Shown here: one piece after another, positions 48,494-57,243 of the stretch | Layout: every line of letters starts with the position of its first letter | Numbering within the stretch: position 1 is the stretch's first letter | Assembly: GCA_000995065.1 (NCBI GenBank) | Contig: LBWX01000002.1 | Coordinates: 223,708 to 287,707, forward strand | DNA length: 64,000 bases | DNA from: a candidate division CPR2 bacterium GW2011_GWC2_39_35 | GTDB taxonomy: Bacteria; Patescibacteriota; CPR2 | Direction: 5' to 3' | The notes under the pieces: generated by a model | The model's database searches: none | What the model was told of the DNA's origin: nothing | Seen by the model: the letters and a program-made list of their open reading frames with translations, nothing else | Made by a program: the position numbers and the translations under genes

Positions 48494-49879
48494 CTAAATA
48501 GTTGTAAAATAAGTTTTAAATTCACCTCTTTTGGCAATGATTTCCTTCAACTTTGCGCTATCGATACCCAACACACTTAGCAGTGATATTTTCATATATA
48601 TCTCTAGAACGATATTTACTCTAAACAATTCGACTGACGTAAGCAACTTATTTGAGCTCATTTTTAATGCATGCACGTAATTATTCCTAGTGTTTACAAT
48701 CTTTTTAATAATTTCATCATCCAATCCAATAGCTCCAGCATCTATGCAAAACGCCTCAATATCCTTCATTTTTCCCCTTAAAGAAAATTCAAAACCAAAA
48801 GCTGCCATGCTTTTTAATTTTTCTGCGTCGTCTTCAGATAGCGGCGCCGTTACTTTTTTCAACCATTCTTTATGCTCTTTCTTCCGCTTGTCAGTTACTG
48901 GATTGAGAAATCTTTTATGGAAAGATTCAACCGAAGATATCAGAGATAAAAATTTTGTAATGTCGGAAGCATTACCACTCCGACATGTTTTGATTGATTC
49001 CCATATTTCTCTTATTTCTTCATAATTATTAAACCAATATTTAATCATATTTTTCTTGATTTCATCTCTGATGTCCTCAAATTCAAATAACAACGAATAA
49101 GCACTTTCTCTCTCTGGCAATTGAAATGTGGCTGGAGAACTCAAGGATATTATGCTTAAAGTTGGGCTAATTTTTTTGCGAGGTCCTTTAAGATCTGAAG
49201 AAAAAATAATTTGATTAGTTTGCTCTTTAAATAAAAAGTTAAAAAATTCCTCAACAACTTTTAACATTATGACGGCTGACCAATAAGTCTGCTCATTAGA
49301 GAACTCAATTCTAATTAAATCATTATGAACTGCCCTAAATGATCTATCATATTGAAAATCAACTTGAAAATTCGTACTCATTTTCAAAGTACCATATGGC
49401 GGCAGTTCTACATCAAAATAATAGTTTTTTTTGTTCTTAAAACTTCTTGAATCACCATCAAAGTCTAGCAAGTTATCGTTAAAGAAAGTGTGAATGCCAG
49501 GTATTTCGCACTCAATATTCTTGATTTTCACTGGTATTTCCTTGTTACTCCAATTCTGTACAACGGCTAGCATCGAAGTAAAGTAAAGATCACTTTTACT
49601 GTAGAAGGGAATTCTTTTGTAGCCATTGAGATCGAATAATTTTATGCGAGAAAAATCACTTTTAGCTGCCGCATAATTAAATTTTTTAGGAAAATCTTCT
49701 AAATTTTTCCCTTGAATGTTCAATTCGAGGGATAAATCTGGAAAGCTTAGAAAGCCGTTCTTTTTTATTCCATTTCCAAAGGACCACATTCTTTTTTCTT
49801 TATAAGCATACAGTCCGTCAACTTTCGTGGTTAAGTCAATGTATGGTTCTTTAGAGAAAATTGTATTATTCTTTGCCAT
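48494..49879 (-). CDS. Hypothetical protein with C-terminal HEPN-like Rx4H motif (Abi/ApeA-like defence candidate)
   Basis: KIVNTRNNYVHA (R-x4-H) about 55 residues from the C-terminus in a predicted helical region. No other recognisable domain. Confidence 0.35.
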   Translation of the reverse strand: MAKNNTIFSKEPYIDLTTKVDGLYAYKEKRMWSFGNGIKKNGFLSFPDLSLELNIQGKNLEDFPKKFNYAAAKSDFSRIKLFDLNGYKRIPFYSKSDLYFTSMLAVVQNWSNKEIPVKIKNIECEIPGIHTFFNDNLLDFDGDSRSFKNKKNYYFDVELPPYGTLKMSTNFQVDFQYDRSFRAVHNDLIRIEFSNEQTYWSAVIMLKVVEEFFNFLFKEQTNQIIFSSDLKGPRKKISPTLSIISLSSPATFQLPERESAYSLLFEFEDIRDEIKKNMIKYWFNNYEEIREIWESIKTCRSGNASDITKFLSLISSVESFHKRFLNPVTDKRKKEHKEWLKKVTAPLSEDDAEKLKSMAAFGFEFSLRGKMKDIEAFCIDAGAIGLDDEIIKKIVNTRNNYVHALKMSSNKLLTSVELFRVNIVLEIYMKISLLSVLGIDSAKLKEIIAKRGEFKTYFTTI

Positions 49880-50043
49880 ATTTCACAAAAATTAGCATAC
49901 CGATCGGCATGCTAATTGCTTAGTAGGTCGACCGGTGGTTAATCGGTCTGTTATTTATTATTATTTGCCCTTCGACAAGCTCTCCTCGAGTCTGAGCGAC
50001 CTCGGAGTCGAAGACAGGGCATTTTCCGCCTTGCGGCGTAAAA

Positions 50044-50120
50044 TGGCGACCCGGACCAGACTCGAACTGGCGACCTCCTGCGTGACAGGCAGGCGTTCTA
50101 ACCAACTGAACTACCGGGCC
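50044..50120 (-). tRNA. tRNA-Asp(GTC), CCA encoded
   Basis: Reverse complement GGCCCGG..GCTT.., anticodon arm CCTGC-CTGTCAC-GCAGG, T-arm CGCCA-GTTCGAG-TCTGG, 3' GGTCGCCA. Confidence 0.85.
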
Positions 50121-50223
50121 TTAATTAGGAAGAAGGAATAATTAAGAAGCAAAAATTCTTCCTTATTACTTTTTCCTGTTTTGAACCTTCATAATATACC
50201 AAAAAAAGGGGGGAATGTAAAGA

Positions 50224-50386
50224 ATATGTCCCTGAACCACCCTCACTTTTTCAAAAACAAGAAAAATAACTCTAGTTGTCATTCCCGCGTAGGCGGGAAT
50301 CTAGGAAACTCATTACATTTCCAAGCCTTCTGGATCCTAAGTTTTCACGGGGATGACAAAAAGTGAGAGTAGTTCAGGATATGTCC
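50224..50386 (+). mobile_element. Composite MITE-like element: inner 84-nt element (50276-50359, terminal inverted repeats TTGTCATTCCCG / CGGGGATGACAA) nested within 28-nt outer inverted repeats
   Basis: Outer inverted repeats atatgtccctgaaccaccctcacttttt and aaaagtgagagtagttcaggatatgtcc. Internal hairpin ATTCCCGC-gtag-GCGGGAAT. A second, diverged copy lies at 42172-42251. Confidence 0.55.
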
Positions 50387-50396
50387 TGCGGGGGTG

Positions 50397-50729
50397 TTAT
50401 TTTTTTGCTCTCAAGGCTTTTTTAAAATTGCCGTCAAATTTATCTAAAAATTCATGGAGTTCGATTAGTTCGTCGGCGGAAATCTCTTCGGCTTCCTCAA
50501 ATTTCTTTAATTCGCCTCGTATAAGATCTAATTTATTTTTTTGAGGGTTCATAATGACGGTGGCCATTACCGCCAAGTCGCAATGCTGGCAGTTCATTTC
50601 CAATAAATAAGAAAAATTAAAAGTCCCCAAATACTTGATTTCGTTTTTGTCGTATGCCTTACCGCAAAGAGGGCATTTAAGCGTGCTTTTTAGTTTTTCT
50701 AGGATTTTGTTAAATTCTTTTTCGCTCAT
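50397..50729 (-). CDS. Zinc-ribbon (CxxC...CxxC) small protein
   Basis: CPLCGK ... CQHCD. Confidence 0.45.
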   Translation of the reverse strand: MSEKEFNKILEKLKSTLKCPLCGKAYDKNEIKYLGTFNFSYLLEMNCQHCDLAVMATVIMNPQKNKLDLIRGELKKFEEAEEISADELIELHEFLDKFDGNFKKALRAKK

Positions 50730-50741
50730 GCCGGTATTCTA

Positions 50742-52445
50742 TCACACCTCTACTTTGTTTTCATCTTTTTTCACGCATTTTGGCGTTACGTACCAGCCGA
50801 TGTATTGTCCAAACATCACTCTAGTTTGGGATTCTAGGGCCGGAAAAGTACTAAGACAAATAACTATCGGAGGTAAAAACAGCCATTGTGAAATCATAGA
50901 AACCATTTTTAATTTAGAGTATTTCTTGGGTCTCTTGGGAAGCAGGATGATGCTAATCCACATGGAAATTACGAGACCAATGGCTGTAACAGTTAGAATT
51001 CGGCTAGCCACAATAGGTAGATTATGGGCGATGGCGCTGGTATCTCCAAATTCGGGATTTAAAAAGAGGGGAAGCCAGGCGACAAAGGCGACAATCAGAG
51101 ATCCGGTGGCAAGTTGTACCGTGCCTTCGTAATGGCGCCAAACCTGAAGCAGGCGATACCAAAGCGGGATGTTAGTATTATTGATAGCGTTAATAACAAT
51201 GTAGGGGAAATCGGAGACGCCATAATACCAGCGCCGTCTTTGAAGATACTGGGCTTTTAAAGTTCTTAAATAGGAATTAGACAATACGGCGTCGCAGTAA
51301 ACAGGGACAAAGATAGGAATCACGGAATATTCTCCATCGAAAGAGAAGAAAGAGCGCCAATATTGTTTTCCATCTTCAACGATGCTAAATCTATCCCAAT
51401 AATCAACAATTTCTAAAGCTTTAAGGCTCATGGCGTGGCCGGCAAAGTTTCTGAGCCTTCTAAGCCTAATGGATTCTATCATCTGCCAAAAAGATGAATT
51501 AACGGCCATTACTCTATTTGGAGCCGGTGTATCCCAAAGATTATTATGGAATAGGGGGATAGACTGAAAACTCTTATTATGTCGATCCGGCGTGGTAACG
51601 AACTTATAGGCAAGGGCGGCCAAGTAATCCGGATGAACCTTGGTATCGCAGTCTAAGGAAGAAACAATAACTTGCTCCGATTTGATGCCTTTTTCATGAA
51701 GCATTTTTCTTATCTCTTTTGCGGCCCAGGATACGGCTGCTCCCTTAACCTTTCCTTCGTCTGGCAGGCCATCCGGGTGTTCTAGGGTTAAGAATTCGAA
51801 AAATTTGCCGTGATTGTATTTTTTACGTAGAATTTGGGCGTTTTCCCTAAATCTTTCTTTGTCTCTCTCCTCGCCTACTAAGCAGTAAATTACCTTGTTC
51901 AAGGGATAATTACTTTTCAGGAGCGCCTCAGCGGCCGGCTCTAAAGCCTCTATCTCTTCTTTATGGGTGGGAAAAATAATTACTTGATAAACTTCTTGCC
52001 AATCGGCAATCGAATCCTGATTTCCATGAAGATGGCTTAAGTCCCTAATTTTGTGGAGCAGGAGGTTGTATTCTGCTCTTAGTTTTTTGGCTTTTCTAAA
52101 GCTTAATTTTTCCATTCGTTTCTTTAAAGATCCAAGCTCTTTTTGGGTTTTCTTATATGCGGCGTCAACATTTTCGGTTTCTTTGCATCTTTTGAGCCAA
52201 TCGAAAGATAAGCTTACCTGAAAGTTTTTATAGGCAACCAGAATACTCTTGGAGACGTTTAAGGCCCTAAAGAACCAATACAGGTCGTAAGCAATGATGT
52301 AATACATTACTACAACCGGATTTATGATAGAAAACACAATCGGAAAGACGAGAACCGTCCAGGTTGTGGCTCCGGGAATAATTTCTAATAGTCTTATGAA
52401 TTTATGGTTTTCGGTTAATCGAGTTCTAAAATTTTGGGATATCAT
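50742..52445 (-). CDS. Processive family-2 glycosyltransferase (cellulose/chitin/hyaluronan-synthase-like), integral membrane
   Basis: DxD (DCDTKVH), Q(Y)LQRRRW (the QxxRW motif), and N- and C-terminal transmembrane segments. Confidence 0.8.
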   Translation of the reverse strand: MISQNFRTRLTENHKFIRLLEIIPGATTWTVLVFPIVFSIINPVVVMYYIIAYDLYWFFRALNVSKSILVAYKNFQVSLSFDWLKRCKETENVDAAYKKTQKELGSLKKRMEKLSFRKAKKLRAEYNLLLHKIRDLSHLHGNQDSIADWQEVYQVIIFPTHKEEIEALEPAAEALLKSNYPLNKVIYCLVGEERDKERFRENAQILRKKYNHGKFFEFLTLEHPDGLPDEGKVKGAAVSWAAKEIRKMLHEKGIKSEQVIVSSLDCDTKVHPDYLAALAYKFVTTPDRHNKSFQSIPLFHNNLWDTPAPNRVMAVNSSFWQMIESIRLRRLRNFAGHAMSLKALEIVDYWDRFSIVEDGKQYWRSFFSFDGEYSVIPIFVPVYCDAVLSNSYLRTLKAQYLQRRRWYYGVSDFPYIVINAINNTNIPLWYRLLQVWRHYEGTVQLATGSLIVAFVAWLPLFLNPEFGDTSAIAHNLPIVASRILTVTAIGLVISMWISIILLPKRPKKYSKLKMVSMISQWLFLPPIVICLSTFPALESQTRVMFGQYIGWYVTPKCVKKDENKVEV

Positions 52446-52452
52446 TTTTCTC

Positions 52453-52827
52453 CTAGACTAAATATACAAATAAAGATGTTTGAATTAAAAGTAGCAGCGA
52501 TATAAGGGCGCTAAGAACAGCTAAGGTGTAGGAAATAAACTGCTCAGAATTATAATATTTTGTGGCGATTATGCTATTGATAAAGAAAATAATAGTCCCC
52601 AACAAGGGCATATAATATAGCTTATACCAATGTCCGATAGTCTTAGAGTAAGAACTATAACGAATAGGAATCTCAAATTCGGTTGGCTTAATATTTAGAA
52701 TCAAGTAACTAAGCGTTGACAGCAAGATAATAATACTAACTATCCACGAAGTAATAATAATTTTATTTCGGATGATTAGTTTGAAATTATGTTTTAATAA
52801 TTCGATTTCTTGGCTAATTTTACGCAT
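52453..52827 (-). CDS. Small 3-TM membrane protein (likely co-transcribed with the glycosyltransferase)
   Basis: Hydrophobic helices; 8-nt gap to the downstream gene. Confidence 0.4.
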   Translation of the reverse strand: MRKISQEIELLKHNFKLIIRNKIIITSWIVSIIILLSTLSYLILNIKPTEFEIPIRYSSYSKTIGHWYKLYYMPLLGTIIFFINSIIATKYYNSEQFISYTLAVLSALISLLLLIQTSLFVYLV

Positions 52828-52845
52828 ATTTTTTTGATTAATGAT

Positions 52846-52920
52846 TTGGAGCCGATGGGCGGGATCGAACCGCCACTCTTCGCTTTACGAAAGCGCTGCT
52901 TTACCATTAAGCTACATCGG
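52846..52920 (-). tRNA. tRNA-Thr(CGT), CCA encoded
   Basis: Reverse complement GCCGATG TA GCTT..AAGC, loop TTCGTAA, T-arm GGCGG-TTCGATC-CCGCC, 3' CATCGGC-T-CCA. One G27.A43 mismatch. Confidence 0.75.
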
Positions 52921-53040
52921 CGGCATGCAACGTAAGGTATGTGGAGAGGTTAATCCATCCCCTTAACTTAAGTTAAATTGACAATAAAAAACAAGGCATT
53001 TCACCTCTTAAACATGATTATTTTAACATATATTTGAAGA

Positions 53041-53092
53041 AATTCAAAATTCAAAAATCAAAAGGCAAAATTTCAATGCAAAGTTTAAAATT
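53041..53092. repeat. Dispersed intergenic repeat, family 2
   Basis: aattcaaaattcaaaaatcaaaaggcaaaatttcaatgcaaagtttaaaatt. Confidence 0.65.
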
Positions 53093-53099
53093 TTAGACA

Positions 53100-53564
53100 T
53101 TAAAAGAAAAGACTTTTCTTTTCTAGATAATTAGCGCTTTTTTCGAATCCAAATTTTTCATAAAAGGGGAAGTTTTTAGAGCTGGTTCCTAGAGTAAATT
53201 GAGTTTTAGGAAATTTCTCCAAACATTTCTCAACTAATTTTTTTCCTATTCCTTGTCTTTGGTATGTTGGCAACACGGCTAAATCATAAATGACTGATCT
53301 TGTGGTTTTATCAGTCAGAACTCTAGCTATACCAATTAGCTTGTTATTATCCCACGCTGATAAAACATATGTCGAATTCTTAAAAGAATCATAAAGAACG
53401 TCGTCCTTATCTTCTGCGTCAATAAATAGAGTGTCGTTGGCAATGCTATCAACTATTTCCATAGTTGCAGGTTTGTTATCCGGAGATTTGATCCAGCCTA
53501 CTAAGTTAAAGAGATTATATAGTTGGTCTTTATTTAGATCGTTAGTTTCTTTAAATGTAATCAT
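53100..53564 (-). CDS. GNAT-family N-acetyltransferase
   Basis: Motif A QRQGIGKKLV. Confidence 0.75.
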   Translation of the reverse strand: MITFKETNDLNKDQLYNLFNLVGWIKSPDNKPATMEIVDSIANDTLFIDAEDKDDVLYDSFKNSTYVLSAWDNNKLIGIARVLTDKTTRSVIYDLAVLPTYQRQGIGKKLVEKCLEKFPKTQFTLGTSSKNFPFYEKFGFEKSANYLEKKSLFF

Positions 53565-53602
53565 ACTTAATACTTTATTCTTTATACTTAATTCTTCTTA
53601 AT

Positions 53603-53676
53603 TGGAGCGAGTGAGGGGAATCGAACCCCCGTTTCAACCTTGGGAAGGTCGCGTTCTGCCATTGAACCACACTCGC
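53603..53676 (-). tRNA. tRNA-Gly(CCC), CCA encoded
   Basis: Reverse complement GCGAGTG TG GTTC..GAAC, loop TTCCCAA, T-arm GGGGG-TTCGATT-CCCCT. Confidence 0.8.
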
Positions 53677-53798
53677 AGAGTTAGGAAACAATTAATAATA
53701 AACAACTAAAAAGTTAGAAAAGACTTTTAGTTCTTTAAATTGTTAAGCTTTGTTTCTAATATTTTACATCAATTTTCAATCAGCCATAAGCAACTTGC

Positions 53799-54269
53799 TT
53801 ATTTTATTGTCTTTTCAATCAGATCGATTACGGCTTGTTCTTTGGTAGAAATAAATGCAAATGCAATTGATAATAGAACGTGGTCGATGTATAAGTCCAC
53901 CCTTTTTTCTATTTCAAAGACCTCATCGGCTGTTAGCTCGACATTTTTGGCAAGGACTCGTAAGTGTCTCCAAAGCCTGTCTCTAAATAAGACGAAAACA
54001 TCTAATACGGTTTCTAAATTTTTTCCTTCGGGGGCTCTTTTGAAGCCAATCTCGGTTCCAATTTCGACAATTCTTTGCTCGTGGAGTCTGGCCTCGGTTC
54101 GAAGATTTACAAGAGTCGCTTCAAAAATCCTGGATCCATACTCCGTAATGTCTTCTTCAATATCAGGATAATTAAGCTTCGATTCTTTAACGCTGTCTTT
54201 CCAATATAAAAAAAAATCTTCTTTTGTTTCTTCTAGTTTAGAGGCTAGTGTTTTAAGGTTGTTGTACAT
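53799..54269 (-). CDS. Hypothetical protein
   Basis: 156 aa, helical, no recognised domain. Confidence 0.4.
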   Translation of the reverse strand: MYNNLKTLASKLEETKEDFFLYWKDSVKESKLNYPDIEEDITEYGSRIFEATLVNLRTEARLHEQRIVEIGTEIGFKRAPEGKNLETVLDVFVLFRDRLWRHLRVLAKNVELTADEVFEIEKRVDLYIDHVLLSIAFAFISTKEQAVIDLIEKTIK

Positions 54270-54433
54270 TGTTTCCCCGAATTAGATTTAATTATAGAAT
54301 TTTTTAAAGTTAAACTCAAGCAGAGATGGTTTGCGGCTACCAGCAATTAACAACGGAACCCCAGGGCTTCTTACTAACACTTGAAATTTTCTTTCTTTTG
54401 TTGTAAACTTCATATGTTTATTGGAGCAAAGAA

Positions 54434-55099
54434 ATGGAAAAGCCTACATTAAAGGCGAAAAGTAGAGAAGACGGGATAAAAGCAAAAGCCCTAAGAAGAG
54501 CTGGTTTAATTCCGGGTGTTATTTATGGTAAAGGAACCAAGAATATCCCGATAGCATTTGATAAGCTCGAATTTGTCAAATTATATCGAGAAGCTGGTCA
54601 TACGATGCTTGTTCATCTTAAAATTGACGATGATAAGGCAAAAAATGTTCTTATTCATCGTCTAGAAAACGATGCTGTAAAGGGTCATGTGCAGCATGTT
54701 GATTTTTATGCTGTAAAAATGACGGAAAAGATTGTAACCTTGGTTCCGTTAAACTTCGTTGGCGAATCTGAAGCAGTTGAGACTCTTGACGGCACCATGG
54801 TAAGACAAAAGGATGAGGTTGAGGTTGAGGCGTTGCCGGGAGATTTACCGCAGCACATTGACGTCGATATTACTAAGCTTGCTGCTTTTGACGATGTGAT
54901 TCATATCGAAGACTTAGAAGCACCGGAAGGGGTTAAGATTCTGGGCGACCCAGAAGAAACCATTGCTTTTGTTGAACCGCCAAGGTCCGAAGAAGAAATG
55001 GCTGAACTTGAAGAGCCGATTGAAGAAGCATTGCCGAGTGAAGAAGAAGGAGAAGTAGCTGAGAAAGCTGCAGAGGAAGAGACTAAAGAAACTGAATAG
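54434..55099 (+). CDS. rplY: Ribosomal protein bL25 (Ctc form, acidic C-terminal tail)
   Basis: N-terminal LKAKSREDGIKAKALRRAGLIPGVIYGKG and the beta-barrel region. Confidence 0.85.
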   Translation: MEKPTLKAKSREDGIKAKALRRAGLIPGVIYGKGTKNIPIAFDKLEFVKLYREAGHTMLVHLKIDDDKAKNVLIHRLENDAVKGHVQHVDFYAVKMTEKIVTLVPLNFVGESEAVETLDGTMVRQKDEVEVEALPGDLPQHIDVDITKLAAFDDVIHIEDLEAPEGVKILGDPEETIAFVEPPRSEEEMAELEEPIEEALPSEEEGEVAEKAAEEETKETE

Positions 55100-55120
55100 A
55101 CATTAAGACAATATTAAAAA

Positions 55121-55145
55121 AACGGGCATTATTGCCCGTTTTTTG
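55121..55145 (+). terminator. Rho-independent terminator after rplY
   Basis: AACGGGCA-ttat-TGCCCGTT followed by TTTTT. Confidence 0.7.
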
Positions 55146-55158
55146 TTATACTAAAATC

Positions 55159-56289
55159 ATGAAAGAAAAGCCAAGAAAACATCCTAAAAATAATAGGGAA
55201 GAAAAGCCAAAAGATATTAAAGGAAACCGGTTTACAAGGTTTGTAAAAAAGCATAAGATTTCGATTATTGCTGTTGTCAGTAGTTTGTTTTTGGCATTGG
55301 GCATCATTGTGGCGGCTTATTGGCCCAAAGGCGAAATTGATTTGGGTATTCCAAAGGAAGGCAAGCCAAAAAAAGTTACAAAACAAGAAGAGCCAAAATA
55401 TGAGATGCCGCTTTCCGGAGTCAAGGTTACAAACGAGAATCTAACCAAGCGCCGTCCTTTTGCGGTCTCTATTGAGAACTCTCCCGAAGCAAGGCCTCAA
55501 TCAAGCCTTAATATGGCTGATATAGTGTACGAAACGGTAGCTGAAGGCGGTATTACAAGATTCCTGGCTTTTTATCAGCAGAACGAGCCCAATGAAATTG
55601 GCCCTGTAAGGTCTGCTAGAACATATTTTCTAGACTGGGTGATGCCTTACGATGCAGTTTTTGTGCATGCCGGAGGAAGTGAAGCGGCTTTAAACCTCAT
55701 CCGCTCGTTAGGGATTAAGGAGATTGATGACTTAAAAGGCGATAAGGCTTTTTGGCGGGACAATTCAAGATATGCGCCCCATAATGACTATACTAATTAT
55801 AGTAAGATTAAAAATGTGGCTTTAAAAAAAGGATTTGATCTCGATTATAACGTAGCGGGATATAGCTTTAAGGATGACCTTAAAAAAGAAGAAAGGCTCG
55901 AGGCTCAAACCATCAATGTTAGTTTTTCCAGCGCTTCATATAATGTTTCCTGGCAGTACAATAAGGAGCGAAACTTGTACAATAGATTAATTGCTGGCAC
56001 GCCTCATTTAGACAGGGTGACGGACAAGCAAATAATGGCAAAAAACATTGTTGTTCAGGAGGTGCTGCAGTTTCCATCAAGCACAGCAGAACAGCATTCG
56101 AAAAAGACCGTCGGATCGGGTAATGCCACTATCTTTTTAGATGGTCAGGCGGTCAAAGCAATATGGAAAAAGGCAGATAGGAAATCGCCAACCAGGTTTT
56201 ATGATGCAGCCGGAAACGAAATTAAGTTTAATCGGGGCCAAACATGGTTTGAGGTTATAACTCAGTTTGGTTCGGTTAAGGCAGGCTAA
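55159..56289 (+). CDS. DUF3048 (YerB-like) domain protein, membrane-anchored
   Basis: PFAVSIENSPEARPQSSLNMADIVYE..GGITRFLAF. The start is placed after the terminator, at the in-frame Met MKEKPRK. Confidence 0.65.
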   Translation: MKEKPRKHPKNNREEKPKDIKGNRFTRFVKKHKISIIAVVSSLFLALGIIVAAYWPKGEIDLGIPKEGKPKKVTKQEEPKYEMPLSGVKVTNENLTKRRPFAVSIENSPEARPQSSLNMADIVYETVAEGGITRFLAFYQQNEPNEIGPVRSARTYFLDWVMPYDAVFVHAGGSEAALNLIRSLGIKEIDDLKGDKAFWRDNSRYAPHNDYTNYSKIKNVALKKGFDLDYNVAGYSFKDDLKKEERLEAQTINVSFSSASYNVSWQYNKERNLYNRLIAGTPHLDRVTDKQIMAKNIVVQEVLQFPSSTAEQHSKKTVGSGNATIFLDGQAVKAIWKKADRKSPTRFYDAAGNEIKFNRGQTWFEVITQFGSVKAG

Positions 56290-56652
56290 GAGAAGATGGA
56301 TAAAGAATTTGTAAAAAACAAAATAGTTAGTTTAAGGGTGTTTTTTCTCGTCTTTGCCTACAAAGGACATTTAAGGATCAGGAGCGTCCATGACCATCTT
56401 TTCTCAAAAGGAGGAACATACAGGCGTTGGTCGGAAAACCCTTATTCCGATTCTGTTCATAAGGCAGTTTTGCTGGCTTATCTGCTTTCCTTAATTATTT
56501 TTACCTACTTTAATCCTCGATAACTAATTATTTTTCCCTCAAAAAGAACAAAAATTTTGTTCTTTTTTGTTTTTTGTTGTATGATGTCTAAGGGAAGAAG
56601 TTTAGCTTTTCCTTAAACTTTGTTATAATGCGCTTAAATAAGGAGTCTAAAG

Positions 56653-57243
56653 ATGCTCGAACAATTATTTGGCTCAAAAACTAGAGTAAAACTCTTAAGT
56701 CTCTTCTTTAACAATCCCCATCGTTCGTTTTACGTGAGGGAGATTACTCGTAAAGTAGATGAACAGATTAACTCTGTAAGAAGAGAACTGGCTAACTTGC
56801 AAGATCACGGGATTGTTGCGTCTCTTGCCAAGAACGGCAAGCTCTACTATGGTCTTAACAATAAATATGAATTTGCCAAAGAATTTAAATCTATTTTTAA
56901 GGCGGCGGACGTACCTCAGAAAGAGGATAACGAGGAAAAATTAGTTGTTCGATTTAAGCGAACGGGAAGTGTCGATATCGTTTTAATGATGGGATATTTT
57001 GTTCAGGATAGCGAGAGCCCCTTAGACTTGTTTATAGTTGGCAAATTGGATAAGAAAAAATTAAGAAACGTGGTAAGCGAGCTCGAAAAAGACGCTGGTA
57101 AGGAACTTAATTTTTGTGTGATGACCAAAGACGAGTATGAGTATCGAAGTACCTTGTACGATCGTTTTATTATAGATGTCATGGCTCATCCCAAAATCAC
57201 TTTAATTAATAAGCTGGAAAATGTTGGAGCGGCAAATGAATAA
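56653..57243 (+). CDS. Winged-helix DNA-binding domain protein (putative transcriptional regulator)
   Basis: N-terminal KTRVKLLSLFFNNPHRSFYVREITRKVDEQINSVRRELANLQDHGIV (ArsR/Lrp-like wHTH). Confidence 0.45.
   Translation: MLEQLFGSKTRVKLLSLFFNNPHRSFYVREITRKVDEQINSVRRELANLQDHGIVASLAKNGKLYYGLNNKYEFAKEFKSIFKAADVPQKEDNEEKLVVRFKRTGSVDIVLMMGYFVQDSESPLDLFIVGKLDKKKLRNVVSELEKDAGKELNFCVMTKDEYEYRSTLYDRFIIDVMAHPKITLINKLENVGAANE

Noticed and set aside
49920-50141. 61- and 68-aa ORFs on both strands
   Set aside because: They lie entirely within or across tRNA-Asp and are spurious.
41100-50390. Integrase, transposase or prophage structural genes in the island
   Set aside because: A visual motif scan of all island ORFs found none: no DDE or tyrosine-recombinase RHRY signatures. 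Mobility is inferred only from the tRNA adjacency and the MITE-like ends.
56296-56523. 75-aa ORF in the intergenic region
   Set aside because: It has no ribosome-binding site and no recognisable domain. The sequence is AT-rich and promoter-like, so the region is more likely a non-coding leader.
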